This document shows positions 38,778-51,750 of a DNA stretch of 64,000 nucleotides, in pieces. A program made the translations under genes and the position numbers. The DNA lies in contig NC_087447.1 of assembly GCF_036321535.1 (NCBI RefSeq), positions 52,516,001 through 52,580,000 on the forward strand. The letters are read 5' to 3'. This stretch comes from Camelus dromedarius. Its lineage: Eukaryota. The notes under the pieces are model-generated. The model was given only the letters and a program-made list of their open reading frames with translations, searched no databases and was not told the DNA's origin. Position 1 is the stretch's first letter. Every line of letters starts with the position of its first letter.

Positions 38778-38783
<6 letters not shown>

Positions 38784-39667
38784 GTCGGGGTTGTTACTCC
38801 CCAGGTGCTCATCAGCAGGGACGACTCAGTACCAGCACCTCTCTGGCTACTGTTCCTATTGTGGGTAATACGTGCCCCTCAGGTAGTTCTGGAGTGGGGA
38901 GAGGGGAAGGGTGTGATTCCAGCATCATCAAAAATCACCAGCAGATCCTCAAATGGGCCAGGCTCTCTCAGGCCTCAAGCACCTTGTACATGCTGTTTCC
39001 TTTGTCTTGTCACCTCATCTCCCCCTGAGTAATTCCTTCTTGTCCTTGAAGACTCAGCTGAATGTCACCTCCTCCTGGAAGCCTCCCTCACCCTCTGACT
39101 AGATCAGGGGCTCAACTTCTGAACTTTCACAGCTCCTGGCCTTTCCCTGCTGGTGTGATTCTCTCCTGGGTGAAGTTATCTGCTTATCTGACTGTCTCCA
39201 ATGAATATCTCCAGTGAATGTTACCAGGGCAAGGTGCTCTGGGTACAAAACAATAATAATAATCAATACATTAAATTAATCTATGCATCAGCTCTCTGCC
39301 TTGCTCCAGGAAGAAATTCAGGGAGCACAAAAATGAAAAATGCCCCCGAGAAGCTTACAGTCGGGTGGAACAGCAGGTGCATAAGCATTTAAAAACTATT
39401 CTATGACAGGAGCTGAGATGACGTGACGTGGGTGAGGACCTGGGGTGGAGCTGGGGGAGCCTTCTCTCTCATCTCCCCCAGGACTTAGCACAGAATCCCA
39501 CATGGGCAGATGCTTGGTGAGTATATGTGGGGTGAATGGGATGGATGGGAGGGAGGACCTGAAGGGGCTTTAGCGATGACTCATGTCCGTGAGAGAAGAG
39601 ACAGTGTGCCCCCGAGTCAGCGGCAGCGCAGGAGACAGAGCTGGGCCCTCCAGAACTTTGGTAATTC

Positions 39668-39819
39668 TATTTTTATTTTATTTTATTATTTATTTATTTT
39701 GGGGCAGAGATAATTAGGTTTATCTACTTCTTTATTATTTTTAGTGGAGGTACCGGGGATTGAACCGAGGACCTCATGCATGCTAAGCACACACTCCACC
39801 TCTGAGCTATACCCTCTCT
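39668..39819 (-). mobile_element. Vic-1-type tRNA-derived SINE (camelid), full length
   Basis: Reverse complement agagagggtatagctcagaggtggagtgtgtgcttagcatgcatgaggtcctcggttcaatccccggtacctccactaaaa...aaacctaattatc...A-rich tail; Pol III A and B boxes. Confidence 0.9.
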
Positions 39820-41404
39820 CCCGCTGACTGGTAATTATAAATCCCATCAGAAACTGAAAATGCAGAAGGACAAGCCACTTCTCCTCTCTGAGCCTCAGTT
39901 TTCTCACCCATAAAAGCAGAGGGTTAGAGTATATCTTTCTTGAAGGCTGTTCCAGCTTGTAAATCCCAAGAGACTGAGGTTACCAAAAAAAAAAAAAAAA
40001 AAAAGGCTGAGGAGTAACCAGGCCGCTACTCATAGGATGTTGCCTTATCTGTCTTATTCAGATCAAATTCAAGAGCCTACTAACAGGCACCAGCCCTTCC
40101 TTCATTTATTCAAATAAATATTCAAAATGTATGTACTAAGTGTTAGCCACGTGGCAGGCACAGCCCCAGGCACCCAGAGACCCAGCACTTTCCCTTGGAC
40201 CTGCTCCCTTGCACAGCTCCCGAAATCCCTGAGCTGCCCACAACAATCTGCTCTACAACTTGGAGTAAACCTCCGACCTGTTTGTCCTCTCCATTTCCCT
40301 TCCTCCCTGCCCCATCCCCTGCCTTTGCTTTCTCCTTCTTTCACAACTTCATTCATTTATTCATGCATTCAACAAATGCTCACTCAGTACCTGACCCAGG
40401 ACCTGCCTTCCGGAACTCGGCAGGCTCCCCTTCCTGGCACTGAGCCATGCAGTGTTCAGAGCTATAGATTTCATCAACATTCACTGCCCTGCCAATCCTC
40501 CACGGTTCCGTCCATGTGGTATGTCTGCCTGGACTGTCTCAAGCTTCTAGCCCCCTTCCAAGGTCTAATGCAAAGCCACCTACCCTATGACACAGTCCCT
40601 GAACTCCCCGCTGGGGTCCCACGGCCCCCTGCTTTCTACCTTGATTATACCACATTGCATTAACGGGTTTGTCTGTTGGCGCCACTGCTCTGAACTCCAT
40701 GAGACTCGGGGCAGTGTAGTTTCATCATCATATTGTGGCAGCACGCACCCAGTGAGTGCTGGAGACAGCTTGGCTGCAATGAACTGCATCAAAACTTCCT
40801 AACTAACGCCTTCTAACTTGCTCACGTTCGGGTGAAAAGGCAGAATGGCATCTGTCCCACCGCCTGTCCTACCAGCTAACCCAACAATGTCCTGCCCTCC
40901 AGCTTCCCTCTGCTCTCAGAGGCTGTTCCCAGCTTGTGCGGGACCCAGGGACCCTGCTCCCTGCACCCTGGCACTTTGCACCTGTATCCTTCGACGCCCT
41001 GTCTAACCCCTTCTCAGGACTTTCTGTGAATTTGATGGGGAATGTGCATAGTCCAAAGTGAGAAAATCTACCCTTGAAACATTTCCACAAATAAAATGTA
41101 CCTATAAGCCTTTTATTTTTAGGTAGTTTTCTGCACCAGGATTTTGCCAAGGTTCTTTAAGGAAGAAAGGATCACTGTCCCTTACAAAGTGTATTCAGAT
41201 CAGCCAAAGCACAGCGGGCTGTGGACACCCCTTGGGGTGAGACAGCCAGGGATGGAGCTCTGCTGCGCTAGCTCTGGCCTTGGGCCCCCAGCTAGATCAA
41301 ACTCTAGTCGTGCCCCACAATTACAGTCTTGCTGCCCAGAGAAAAGGAGCAATTCAACTGCTAGCTCACTCATGCGTGGACTCAATCACGTATTCTCTTT
41401 ACTT

Positions 41405-41660
41405 AATGACTCATTCACCCATTCACTCATTCATTCATAATTATTCCTCAGTATTCATTTCCTCCAATGTTCACTTATTCATTTACTCAAAGTCACACAC
41501 TCATATTCATTCATTCATTCATCCGCTCATTAATTTCAAACATTTAATCATTCACTCATTCATTCATGTATTTACTTATTTATTTCTTCTTTTGATCCTC
41601 ATTAACTCACTCATTCATTCACCCTTCCACTCACTCTTTCCTTCATACACTCACTGCCTT
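41405..41660. repeat. Degenerate (CATT)n low-complexity tract
   Basis: Repeated cattcact/cattcatt units; source of the spurious 244-aa ORF. Confidence 0.85.
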
Positions 41661-42356
41661 CTATATGCGCTCCCTCCCCTCAGCCCCTCACTCACCACCT
41701 ACATGTGTTCCTCACTATTCCCCAGCACAGCATCCTTCCAGGAAGCAGAGCCTCCATCTCGGCTGGGTCCATTAGTCCTCACTCCCAGAACATTCTCTTC
41801 CATTTTAACATCCAGCCTGCTGAACTGTGCAGGCATGTGTCCTGGTGTGCAGAGGATACGCTTTCCACTCAGGAACAGATGTTCTTGTAATCACTGTTTT
41901 GACTTTCACCCTCTAATGCCAGAAAATTCCACAAACTCTTCCAGCATGCAGGAAGGCATCCACTCAGCAGGGGCAGGCCCTGCAGTGCCTGGGGGTTCAG
42001 ATTCTAGGATATAGGAGATTCCTGGCAGTCAGAGCTGCAGAAAATTGGAGCACCTCCCTACCCAAGGGATTTGTAACCTAAGGTACAGGGATGAGCTGGA
42101 GAGGGAGGTAGGCCTGGAGAGCAGCAGAGTTTGTGGGACAGGTTAAGGAGTGTGAAAAGGAGTGGACTGTTGTAGGATTATGGAGGCATGATCTGTCTGT
42201 GTTTGGGTTATGTGATGACAGGTGACAAGGTCAATGGAAAATAGAGAGGTTTATTGGCGTGGGGCCAGTGAGAAGAAGTTATCAGCAATGTCATAGCAGA
42301 AGATCAAAATCATAATTTGCCGAATTACCTACCAAGTTCCAGGGACTTCCCATACT

Positions 42357-42830
42357 TTGTGCCCGCATCCCCCAGTAATCCATCTCCCTGTCTTTCAGAA
42401 ATAGAATCCCCTGAGTTTTAGCCGGTCACCTGACCTCCTAGCCAAAGACTAGATTACCCAGATTCCCTTGCAGCGAGGTGTGATGGGCTAAGTTCTGGCC
42501 AATGGGTGCGAGCAGAGGTGTTAGATGCAACTCCTCGGCTGTGCCCTTATGGGGGAGCTGGGTGCCCTCCACTGCCTACTTCACCATGTGCCAGCTAAAG
42601 CAGGGCCCTCTCTCGGGAGCCATCTCTGCCTTTGGAGTTGAGGGCTTACCCTAGGGCAGGGTGGAGCCACAAGACAGAGAAGCCTCAGTCTCTGCAGAAC
42701 CTTGTGAAGCAGAACATCTCTATGCCCCCAGCGGAGGTTTTATGTGCAAGGGAAGCAAGCATCTGTTATGCTTTGGACACTGCTGCTTTGATCTCTGTCA
42801 AAGCAGTCAAGCTAATATCTACTAATACCA
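42357..42830 (+). mobile_element. LTR33-like ERVL solo LTR
   Basis: aaagactagattacccagattcccttgcagc...ctaagttctggccaatggg...actaatac. Confidence 0.7.
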
Positions 42831-42919
42831 GAGGAATCTTCTGCATCATGTTGCCTCATGGAGAAACTTCCTTTAGAGGAACACTCTTGGCTTCTCCCGC
42901 TCGCTCACTTAATCCTCTC

Positions 42920-43356
42920 TGTTGTGGCTGAATAGCATCCTCTCAAAATTCATGTCTCCTGGGAACCTGAGATTGTGACCTTCTTCAGAATTGGGGTCTT
43001 TGCCAATGTAATTAAGGTAAAGGTCCAGATGAGATCATACGGGATTAAGGTAGACACTAAATCCAATGAGAACATCCTTAGAAAAGATGGAGAAGGACAC
43101 AGAGGTACGGAGGGGAATGCCATGTGAAGATGGAGGCAGAGACCAGAGCGATGAGGTACGAGCCAAGGGACACCGAGGATGCTACGAGGGAGGCGTGGAA
43201 CGGATTCCCCATCAAGGCTTCCAGGAAGGACCAGCCAGCACTGCTGACCTGGCTTTCAGACTTTCAGTCTCTAGAACTGTGAGAGAATACATTTCTGCTG
43301 TTTTAAGTCACCAAGTTTGTGGCAATCAGTTGCAGCAGACCTGGGAAACTAACACA
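42920..43356 (+). mobile_element. MLT1C-like MaLR solo LTR
   Basis: tgttgtggctgaat...ctagaactgtgagagaatacatttctgctgttttaag...aaactaacaca; TSD ctctc/ccctc. Confidence 0.88.
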
Positions 43357-43569
43357 CCCTCTGAGAGGAGGGCGAGCGATTGGACTGATGGGTTTGGCAG
43401 ACGAAACTGGACCTCCCTCACCCGGAAACCCCTCCGGCCCCGTACCCCCCTCAAATGGCCTACAGAAAGCCAACCTCCCTTCTCCTGCATGGACGGCCTC
43501 GAATTCTAGAAGGCAGTGTCAGCAAGGCCCTCTGGCTACAGGTCTGCAGCTGCACCATGTCCATCCCAT

Positions 43570-43820
43570 CACTGGAGCAGTGCGGTGGCAAGATCACGAC
43601 CGCTGAAGCCGGGCCACCGGCATGAAATCCTGCTCTCCTATCTACTAGCTGTGTGACTTGGGGCAAATTAATTAAACTTTCACTGGTGTCTTCATTTGTG
43701 AAACGGGGATGATAATAGTACCTACCTTACAGAATTGCTGGGAGGATTAAATTAGCTACGTTGTGAAGTGCTCTGAATCTAGGCTAACAAACACTAAGTG
43801 CTAAGTCAGTGTTAGCGCTG
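43570..43820 (+). mobile_element. MIR SINE
   Basis: tactagctgtgtgacttggggcaaatta...ggggatgataatagtacctacctt. Confidence 0.85.
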
Positions 43821-44509
43821 AACGAGCGGTGATGACGGGATATGAGTATTTGCTGTGATTATCTGACTCCTCTATGTCCCAATTAATTTTGAATTTAGAC
43901 CAGGAATGTGGGTATTAGCTTCTGGCTTCCCTGGAATCCCAGCACTTACTGCATCGAATCTTCATCAGCCTCCTTTTGCTGACGAGGAGACAAAATCTCA
44001 GAGAGATCAAAGAGCAGCCCACAGTCATCCCTTGAGTCCTTCTCCTCCCCCTACCCTGGCTGCTCAGACACCCATTGGTCTGGTTGTTGGGCTCCCAGGC
44101 TCTGGCTGGCAGCCTCCCTCCTGGATCCAAGGTAGCAGGGCCAGAGCCCAGCAGGAACTCCCAGTACCAGCAGTGCGTGCAGAGCCACGGAGCCTGGTCA
44201 CGTCCCCACAGTCCCCGTGAACATCCCGCAGTCCGTGTCCACACAATGCTGGATGACCCTTCAGCCCCACTGGGGTCATTCTACAGCCTGAGCTGTGCTC
44301 CAGGGAAAGCCAGTTGCCTTGGCAGGCACAAACGTGGCCCCCCTGCCCCAGGGGCTCCTAGACCACATCCTGGGTGAAAGCAGCATGTTTAACCTCGAGA
44401 ACCAGCCTGCTCACCCCACACCCAGTCCCCCTCATTGGGAGGATGGAAATCTCCTGAACCCAAGTGTACGGACAGCGGGGAGGAAGAGGGTGGAAGGGAG
44501 AGAGGAAGG

Positions 44510-44710
44510 GATGTTAGCTGGGCACTTACTGCCGGCCAGGCCCTGTGCCAGGTGCTTCATGCTCGCTGTTACACCTGCTCCTCACAACAATCTATGCTAT
44601 AAACCCATTGTCATAGATGTGAACACTGAGGCTCAAAGAGTGGAAATCACTTGTCCAGGCCACATGGCCAGGAACCGTCAGAGGCACCCAGCTTTGCCTA
44701 ATTCTGACAC
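44510..44710 (-). mobile_element. MIR SINE
   Basis: ctcctcacaacaatctatg...atagatgtgaacactgaggctcaaagag. Confidence 0.8.
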
Positions 44711-45099
44711 CACAGGAGGGTCGGACATCCCTTCTTCACTCTGAGCAGGGAAGGCTTTGCGGGTCCTGATCGGAGCCAGAGGGGTCTGGAGCCCCGAAAC
44801 GGGTTCTCCTGGCTCCCACTCCTCACACTTTGCAGTCGTGAACCTTCAACACAGCAGTGGAGGCAGAGGAGCTTCAGTGTTCGAACAGCCCGTGACCCTC
44901 CATGGAGGACTTCTACCCTTACTGTCCCCTCTGATGTGATGCAGATCAAGACAGGCTCTTCTAGAGATCTCACTGAGAAAGGTTCCAGAGCAGGAAGCAG
45001 AGGCTGTTTCCTCACCCTCAACTTATCAGCTCCATTTCTGGGCTCATGGAGGGGACAGAGCATAGTCTGCTTTCTTAAAGGCTTCCATTAGTGAACTCA

Positions 45100-46430
45100 G
45101 CCACATTTCCTGATGCCCACTCTGTGCGCCAGGCACTATGTTAGAGGTAGGGGCTTCAGAGAGGAATCAAACAATCCCTGCTCTTGAGAGTTTATGAGCA
45201 GGAGATGATAGACCTGGTAGCATAAGAATGATGATGAGGATGGATGCTAACACTTGAGTATTTACTATTGGCAGTTCTAAGTGATTGATGCTTATTATCT
45301 TATTTAACTGTCATAAAAACCTTATTATTTGCTTCAGGCACAGAGAGATTGGAGTTCCTAGTAAGTGGCAGAAGTGGGACTCAAACTCAGACATTCTAGC
45401 TCAATTTTGTAGGCAGGCAGTGATCAATTTGAGTGGAGAAGTCAGTTACATGTTCACAGAGGAGTTAATATCAGAACGTGGTTTTGAAGGATGAATAGGA
45501 GTTTGCCAGACAGAAACTAGGTGAGAGTGGGTCAGGAAGTTTCAGACAGAAGTCAAGCAAGAAAAGCATGAATGATGGTTTATAGGTTCAAAATAGCAAG
45601 GGGTTTGGAAGGAATTTCAGGTAGGTCAGTCTGGCGAGAACATAAAGTCAATGAGTGTGGGATGGGAAATGATTTCAGAAATGAGGCTGCAGAAGGAAAA
45701 GGGACCAGCTTTTGGAGACTCATGAATGCCAGGCATAGAAGCTAGGATTTTTCCTCACTATTAAACAAACACAGGGTTTCTTTGTTTCATGCATAAGTAG
45801 TCTGGGAAAAGTAGTCAGGCTGGCACAGCAGTTCAACAGTGTCATCAGGGCCCCGGGCTCCTCTCACCTTACAAACAGCTCTGCCATCCTTAACGTTTTC
45901 CTCATGGTTGCAAGATGGCTGCTGCACCTGCAAGCAGTCTCTCTGTGCTCAAGGCAGGAAGAAGGAGGACGGGTAAAGGGCAAAAGTCTGATCTTTAGGA
46001 TAGGAGCTGAAACTTCATTGTGTGGCCACTGGGGACCCGTGGAAGGGTCTAAGGCAGGGCAGAAATGATAACAATACTGGTTAACATGTATTAAGCACTA
46101 ATTGCCCCAGGGAATGTTCTGTACTACACTTACCACTTTACACATGTCACTGCAGCTAATCCTCAAAGCAACCTCAAGACACAGGTAGCTCCTCATTTAC
46201 AAATGAGGAGACACAGAGAGGTTAACAAAATGGCTCAAGGTTGCCCAGTCAGAAGTGGTAGAAACTGAGTGGTCCAGCTGCTGAGTCTTGCTCTTAAGCA
46301 CACATTTGCCTGCATTTTAGAAATGCACCACTGACTCTGAGGTGGTTGTGCGATTGTGGAGGCAAGGAGTCCAGTGGAGAGGTTGTCTGAATGCTCCAGG
46401 TGAAGCGGATGGGAGCCACACTAGGGTGGT
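45100..46430 (-). mobile_element. Fragmented L2 with inserted MIRs (~45230-45400, ~46070-46300) and an MLT fragment
   Basis: ccaggcactatgttagagg...ttttgaaggatgaataggagtttgccag...ggaggcaaggagtccagtggagagg. Confidence 0.7.
45760..45985 (-). mobile_element. Old MLT1 (J/K/L-like) LTR fragment
   Basis: ctctgccatcctt...ctcatggttgcaagatggctgctgca...caaggcaggaagaagg. Confidence 0.65.
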
Positions 46431-47384
46431 GACCATGGGTGGAGAAGGGGGCAGGCAGAGGAGCAAGAGGAGGACCTCAGGACTGCCTGACTCTCCCCTT
46501 CCCTAAACCAGGCTCCTCTGTGTCCACAGGGCCTGCAGGACTGTGGCCAGGGCACCAGTACTGGGCACCTGCAGGGATTCTGAAAAGTGTGTCACAGCAC
46601 TGTGGCAGGCAGAACCTGGCACAGGGCTGACTTTCACACTGACAAGCACATCACTGTTGTCGTTCGTGTGCAGACTCTCACCCCCGACAGTGCCAAGGCC
46701 CAAAAAAGCAGGAACTGGTTTGCAGAGCTGGGACCACAGTTAGATCATTGTCTCATGCCTGGCAGATGGGAGCAGGGTGATGCTGACATCTGCAGCTGAC
46801 AGGGACCTGAGTGCAAGGGGCAGAACCATGACTCCGGGGCTTGAAAAGACCTGGGCTCCCATCCCAGCTGGACCTTTAATGAGTGGTGACCACACGCCGC
46901 CTCTTCAGCGAACATCTCCTGCACACTTGCTACGTCCCCTGCCCTCAGTGGGGTACCAGGATGCAGAGACGAATTCCACCACCCCTGACATCAGGAGCTC
47001 CCAGTCTCCACAGTGCTGGTGCCAGGGATTGGTTCTGTGATTCAGGGAAGCATAGAGGGTGTGGGAGCTTGGGGTGGTGGTCCTTGGAGGTGAGGGGATG
47101 CTAAACCAGCCTGGGAGGTCAGGGTGGGCTTCCTGGAGGAAGTGACTGCCAAGCTGCATTTCTTAAGAGAAGAGTCGGCTAGGCAAAGAGGAAGGAAGGG
47201 TATTCCATTAAATGGGAACCATATGGGCTAAGGAGAGTGGGAAGAAAGCAAGACACAAAGAGAAGAGTCTTTGGGAGGACCCAAGCCTGCTCTGTTTCAT
47301 CAACACATTCATGGATTCTGGTGTCCCAGTGGCTGGTAGACACAGTATCTGACTGCTTCAGGAAGCAGAGCTCTTAGTGCTGGC

Positions 47385-47939
47385 CCCACACTGATTATAA
47401 ATTGACACAATTCTTCCCTCCTCGTATTCACACCCCTTTGTACTGTGACTGCAGATCCTATCATCTGGAGGTGAAGACCATTACCCCATCTGTCAAATCT
47501 GGGCTGACCCTGTACCTTGCTTTGACAAGCAGGATGAGGCAACGTGATGATGTGTGAGTGTTAAGCACATATCTCCTGACCTCTTGGAGTTTTGCTCAGC
47601 TGACGGGCTGGGGCTGGTCTACTGGATGCCAAGAGGTACACAGCCCAGCCACCCTACCTCCAGCTCTCCATGGCCCCAGATGACAATCAGCTCTGGACTC
47701 ATCCACCAGCTGACCCAGGGTGACCAACTCATCCCCTTTGGCCTGGGGCTTTCCTAGTTTTAAGCGGAATGCCCCACACCGCAGGAACGCTTTCAGTCCC
47801 AGGCAAATGGGAATGGCTAGTTACCCTAAGCTGACCTCGGGCACATGAATGAGCTCAGCCAATCCATAGATGAGGGAGTGATAATAAATGGTTGCTAAGT
47901 TTGGGGTAGTTTGTTATACAGCCAGAGATAACTGATGCA
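47385..47939 (+). mobile_element. MLT1H-like MaLR LTR
   Basis: aatctgggctgaccctgtaccttgctttgac...aataaatggttg...tttggggtagtttgttatacagccagagataactgatgca. Confidence 0.75.
47716..47828. mobile_element. MER81/MER94-like hAT-Blackjack MITE
   Basis: TIRs cagggtgaccaac / gctagttacccta; perfect 8-bp TSD agctgacc (47708-47715, 47829-47836). Confidence 0.88.
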
Positions 47940-49191
47940 CTGATATCTTTGGGAATAAAGCCCAGGTTCTCAGCCTCAGTAGCCGCTGGGAACCGACTAG
48001 GTTCCTCTTTTTGAGCGGATCATGAAAGGGACAACACTGATGCTCAGAGAGGTTAAGTAACCTGCTCAGATCACAGAGCCAGTGGGTACTGGCAACGGAA
48101 CACAGACCCCGGTCTCCCAGACCTTCCCCTCCCACCAAGCTGCCTCTTCAATCATCACATTTGTGCTGCAGTAACCAGAGCTCCCCCAGAGACTGTTAAT
48201 TGAACAAATCTCTGGTCATGCTCCGGCTCTCTGCGATGGTTTTCTTTACAAGATCTGGTGTCAGACCACCTGATACGCTCCCTCCCACACAAGGGATGAT
48301 GAAACTCACACTTAACCACAAGTCACTGCCAGTCCCACCGTGGCCAGAGACCAGGGCAAAGGCGATGTTGTCAGGCAGCAAAAGACATGTGTTCACAGCT
48401 TCCTGATCCCCAGGTTGAAAGCCACACAGATTTGTAGCTTGGACAAGGAGCTGGAAGACACTGATCTTAGTTCTAATTATGACACATACCTGCTGCATGA
48501 CCTTGGGCAAGCCACTGCCCTTCACTGGAAGACTGGGTGTCAACTGATTATTTAAAACTTAGACAGTTCAGTGTAAATTAAGGGCAGAACCATGGGGTAT
48601 TTGCATTTGAACCCAGTACCCAATAGTGCACTGTAGCTGCTCAGTGAACACTTACTGAGTGCATACGTCACAGCAGAATGTCTCACGGGGAACTTAACTT
48701 GGGTTTCTTTCTTGCTGGTAGAGCAGGAAAGCCTTCTCGGGTAGGGCACGGGACCCTGACATTAATTTGGAAGAAGTGTAAGATTTTCATTCCCTTTTCC
48801 AAGGAAGAATGAGACTGGGATGGGACTTTGTTCCTGGGCTCCGATCATCTTTGCTCTTAAAGAGAGCAGGGTGGTTTTATTGTATTCTCATGAGCTCTTC
48901 ATGTTCCCGAGATGGTGGGAACTTGGCAGTTTTAGGAGGAGAGTGCTGCTAAAGGGGTCTAGTGTTCTCAGAAGTCTAGTGGGAAGCATCAGAGGCAACA
49001 TTTCACACCAAGGAGATCCCTCTTCTTCCAAGGGTCATGCAGGCTCGGGACGGAAGCTGCGCAGTGAGATTCTGCTACACTGGGAGACCAGCACTGGACA
49101 GAGAGCCATGGCCAGTGGCTGTCCATGAGGCAAAATGGTGCTAACTACAGCAGTGGGTTGAACAGAACAGAGTTTGTCAATATTTGGAAAG

Positions 49192-49636
49192 TATACAGGT
49201 TGAATTCTTTTCCCAAACTCATCAGTTGAAGTCCTAACCCACAGAACCTTGGAACATGACCTTATTTGGAAATAGGGTCATGGCAGATGTAATTAGTTCA
49301 GATGAGATCATACCGGAGTAGGGTAGGTTTCTAATCCAACATGACTGGTGTCCTTATATAAAGGGAGAATTTGGAGACAGATGTACACAGGGAGAACACG
49401 ATGTGAACATGAAGGGAGAGATTGGGATGATGTATCCACAAAAGCCAAGGAACTCCAAAGATGCCAGCACACCACTGGAAGTGAGCCTGGAGCAGGCTCT
49501 CCCGCACTGCTGTCAGAAGGAACCAGCCCTGCCAACACCTCGCTGTCTGACTTCCAGCTTCCAGACAACAACGTCCTGTTATTTACGCCACCTGGTTTGT
49601 GGTACATTGTTATGACAGTCCAAGCAAACTAATACA
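49192..49636 (+). mobile_element. MLT1C-like MaLR solo LTR
   Basis: gaccttatttggaaatagggtc...ctaatccaacatgactggtgtcctta...gcaaactaataca. Confidence 0.88.
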
Positions 49637-50909
49637 GGAGTTAGGGGAGTGTGAGAGACCTTTAGGGGGCGGCAGGTGTGTAAATGTCCTTGGTTCTAGG
49701 ATAAGTTGGGAAAGGGCACAGGGGAGGGGAACCATAGAAGAACCATCTGGACTCACATCAATCTGTGTGGGAAGGCTCAAGTCAGTTGAAATCTGACTTT
49801 AGAAATAAAGACTGTGATATAACTCTTCCTTGCTCCACAAGCATCGTGATTCACACAGCACTTTTTTTCATATTACATCATGAAAATAAGTGGTGAGTTG
49901 AAAGCAATGATAAAGGTCAGAGAGACACCCCCTCTTCCCATATTTTGTAGGTAAGGAGATAAAGACCTCAATGGGGGAGTATTTTTGTCAGCATCCTCAA
50001 AGGGGTGGAGCTGGGGCTAGAAGCCGGGCATCTCCAGAAGTCTTTCTCTAAATCTCAACATGCCTCACCCAGCAACCATACAGAGCTGCGGCATTTGTGT
50101 GAAATGCAAAAGCCTCTGTGGGCACAACTGCATATTTAGACATTCTCAAGCAGGGAAGGCGGCTGGAAAGTGGCTATTTTCATTTTCACAAAGTCCTCTG
50201 GGAGCCAGGGTGAGTGAGGATTGTTTTTCAAGACCGCCTCCCTTGAGGTGAGCCTAGCCAAGAAAAAGCTGTAGGGCAGGGAACCACTGTTCAGTACCTA
50301 AGAAAGTTCTGATCTGCAAAAACATTAACCATTGGATTCTCTTAAATGGAGAGTCCCCATAGGGCAATGAAGTATGATGCTTTAGAAATCACTGAAAACT
50401 GGGGGAAGGATGGAGTTAGGAAAAGGAGGAGAAGGAAGAGGAAGGGGAGAAGGAGGAGGAGGCAGAGGTGGGAGGATAGGGGAGGGGAAAGGGATGTCAT
50501 AGGAATAGAGCCCGCTTCTGGAGCCACATTGCATAGAAGGCAAATCAGACAGCAGAGGAATGTAACCTAAAATAATCGTGTAAGTTAATGAGCAAAGAAG
50601 ATTCAGCTTTTGGACAAATCTTCATTAACATAGCTAATGCTGATTGATGCTTTACATTTATATACTGTTTTTCACATTTCAAAGCACTTTTCCAACAATT
50701 CTCTACTAGCTCAAAATTCTGTCTAAGCTTGGGTGTCCAGGCACTTTATCATCCAAAGCAGGTCACTTTTGAGGCTGAAAGGAAGCATTCTTAGTAATTG
50801 TCTCAGGTCAGCATGTGTAAACCAGGACTGTTCTTGGCAAACAGGGATGTATGCTCAGCCCACGACCAGCCTCCAAAAGAGACTAGGTAACCCAGGGACA
50901 TCATCATTC

Positions 50910-51390
50910 ATTCATTTACCCCAAACCTGCCCCTCTCTGTCTACTTCATCTTCATCTATTCAGTTGTTCACAGAAAAATCCAGGTCACTCACAATTCTTC
51001 TCCCTCCACCCTTTGTCTTCCCCTCTGCCACCAGCCAGCTCCAATCCATCGGCAAAGCCTGATAACTCTGTTTACAAGTTATTCCCCACTTGTTTGTGTG
51101 TGTCTTCCCTCTGGTTTCTCCCTCGTCTTAGGCATCCTCATTTCTCACCAGGACGGTAGCAAAAGCTTTCTAATCCGTCTCCCCTCTTCCACACGTGTTC
51201 TTTTCATAACCCATTACCCAAGAGGCAACAAGAGTTAATTTTTCAAAAGTGTATAAGTCTGATCATGTTTCTCCCTTGCTCAGAATCTTCTAGCAGCTCT
51301 CTACTGCACTGAGAATAAAAAAGCTCTACTCCTTCTCTTGGCTCTGTAGCCTTATTCCATAAGTATGCAGTGAATGAATGAACACACAAA
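50910..51390 (+). mobile_element. L2 fragment
   Basis: ctccaatccatcggcaaagcctg...gtctgatcatgtttctcccttgctcagaatcttc. Confidence 0.75.
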
Positions 51391-51423
51391 GTCAACAAGT
51401 GTTTGCCCGATGTATTTTATCTA

Positions 51424-51750
51424 TAGCCGACCCTCTGTATCTGGAGGTTTTGCATCTGCGGATTCAACCAGCAGTGGACCAGAAGTTTTTCTGGGGGGGG
51501 AGGGAATTCCAGAAATTTCCCCCAAACAAAACTTGAATTTGCTACACTGGTAGCTATTTACATAGCGTTTACATTGTATTTGGTATTATAAGTACTCTAG
51601 AGATGATTTAAAGTACAGGGAAAGATGTGTGTAGGTTATATGTAAATACAACATCATTTCAGATAAGAGACCTGAGCATCCTCAAATTTTGGTATGCATG
51701 ATGGGGAGGTGGTCTTGGAACTGATCGCTGCAGCTACTGAGGGACAACTG
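51424..51750 (-). mobile_element. MER2B-like Tigger MITE
   Basis: gcatctgcggattcaacc...ctatttacatagcgtttacattgtatt...ctagagatgatttaaagta...ctgagggacaactg. Confidence 0.85.

Noticed and set aside
39745..39819. tRNA-like sequence
   Set aside because: It is the head of a Vic-1 SINE, followed by the SINE body and A-rich tail. It is not a tRNA gene.
41280..42014. 244-aa + strand ORF
   Set aside because: It runs through a MIR and a (CATT)n tract, giving low-complexity HSFI repeats.
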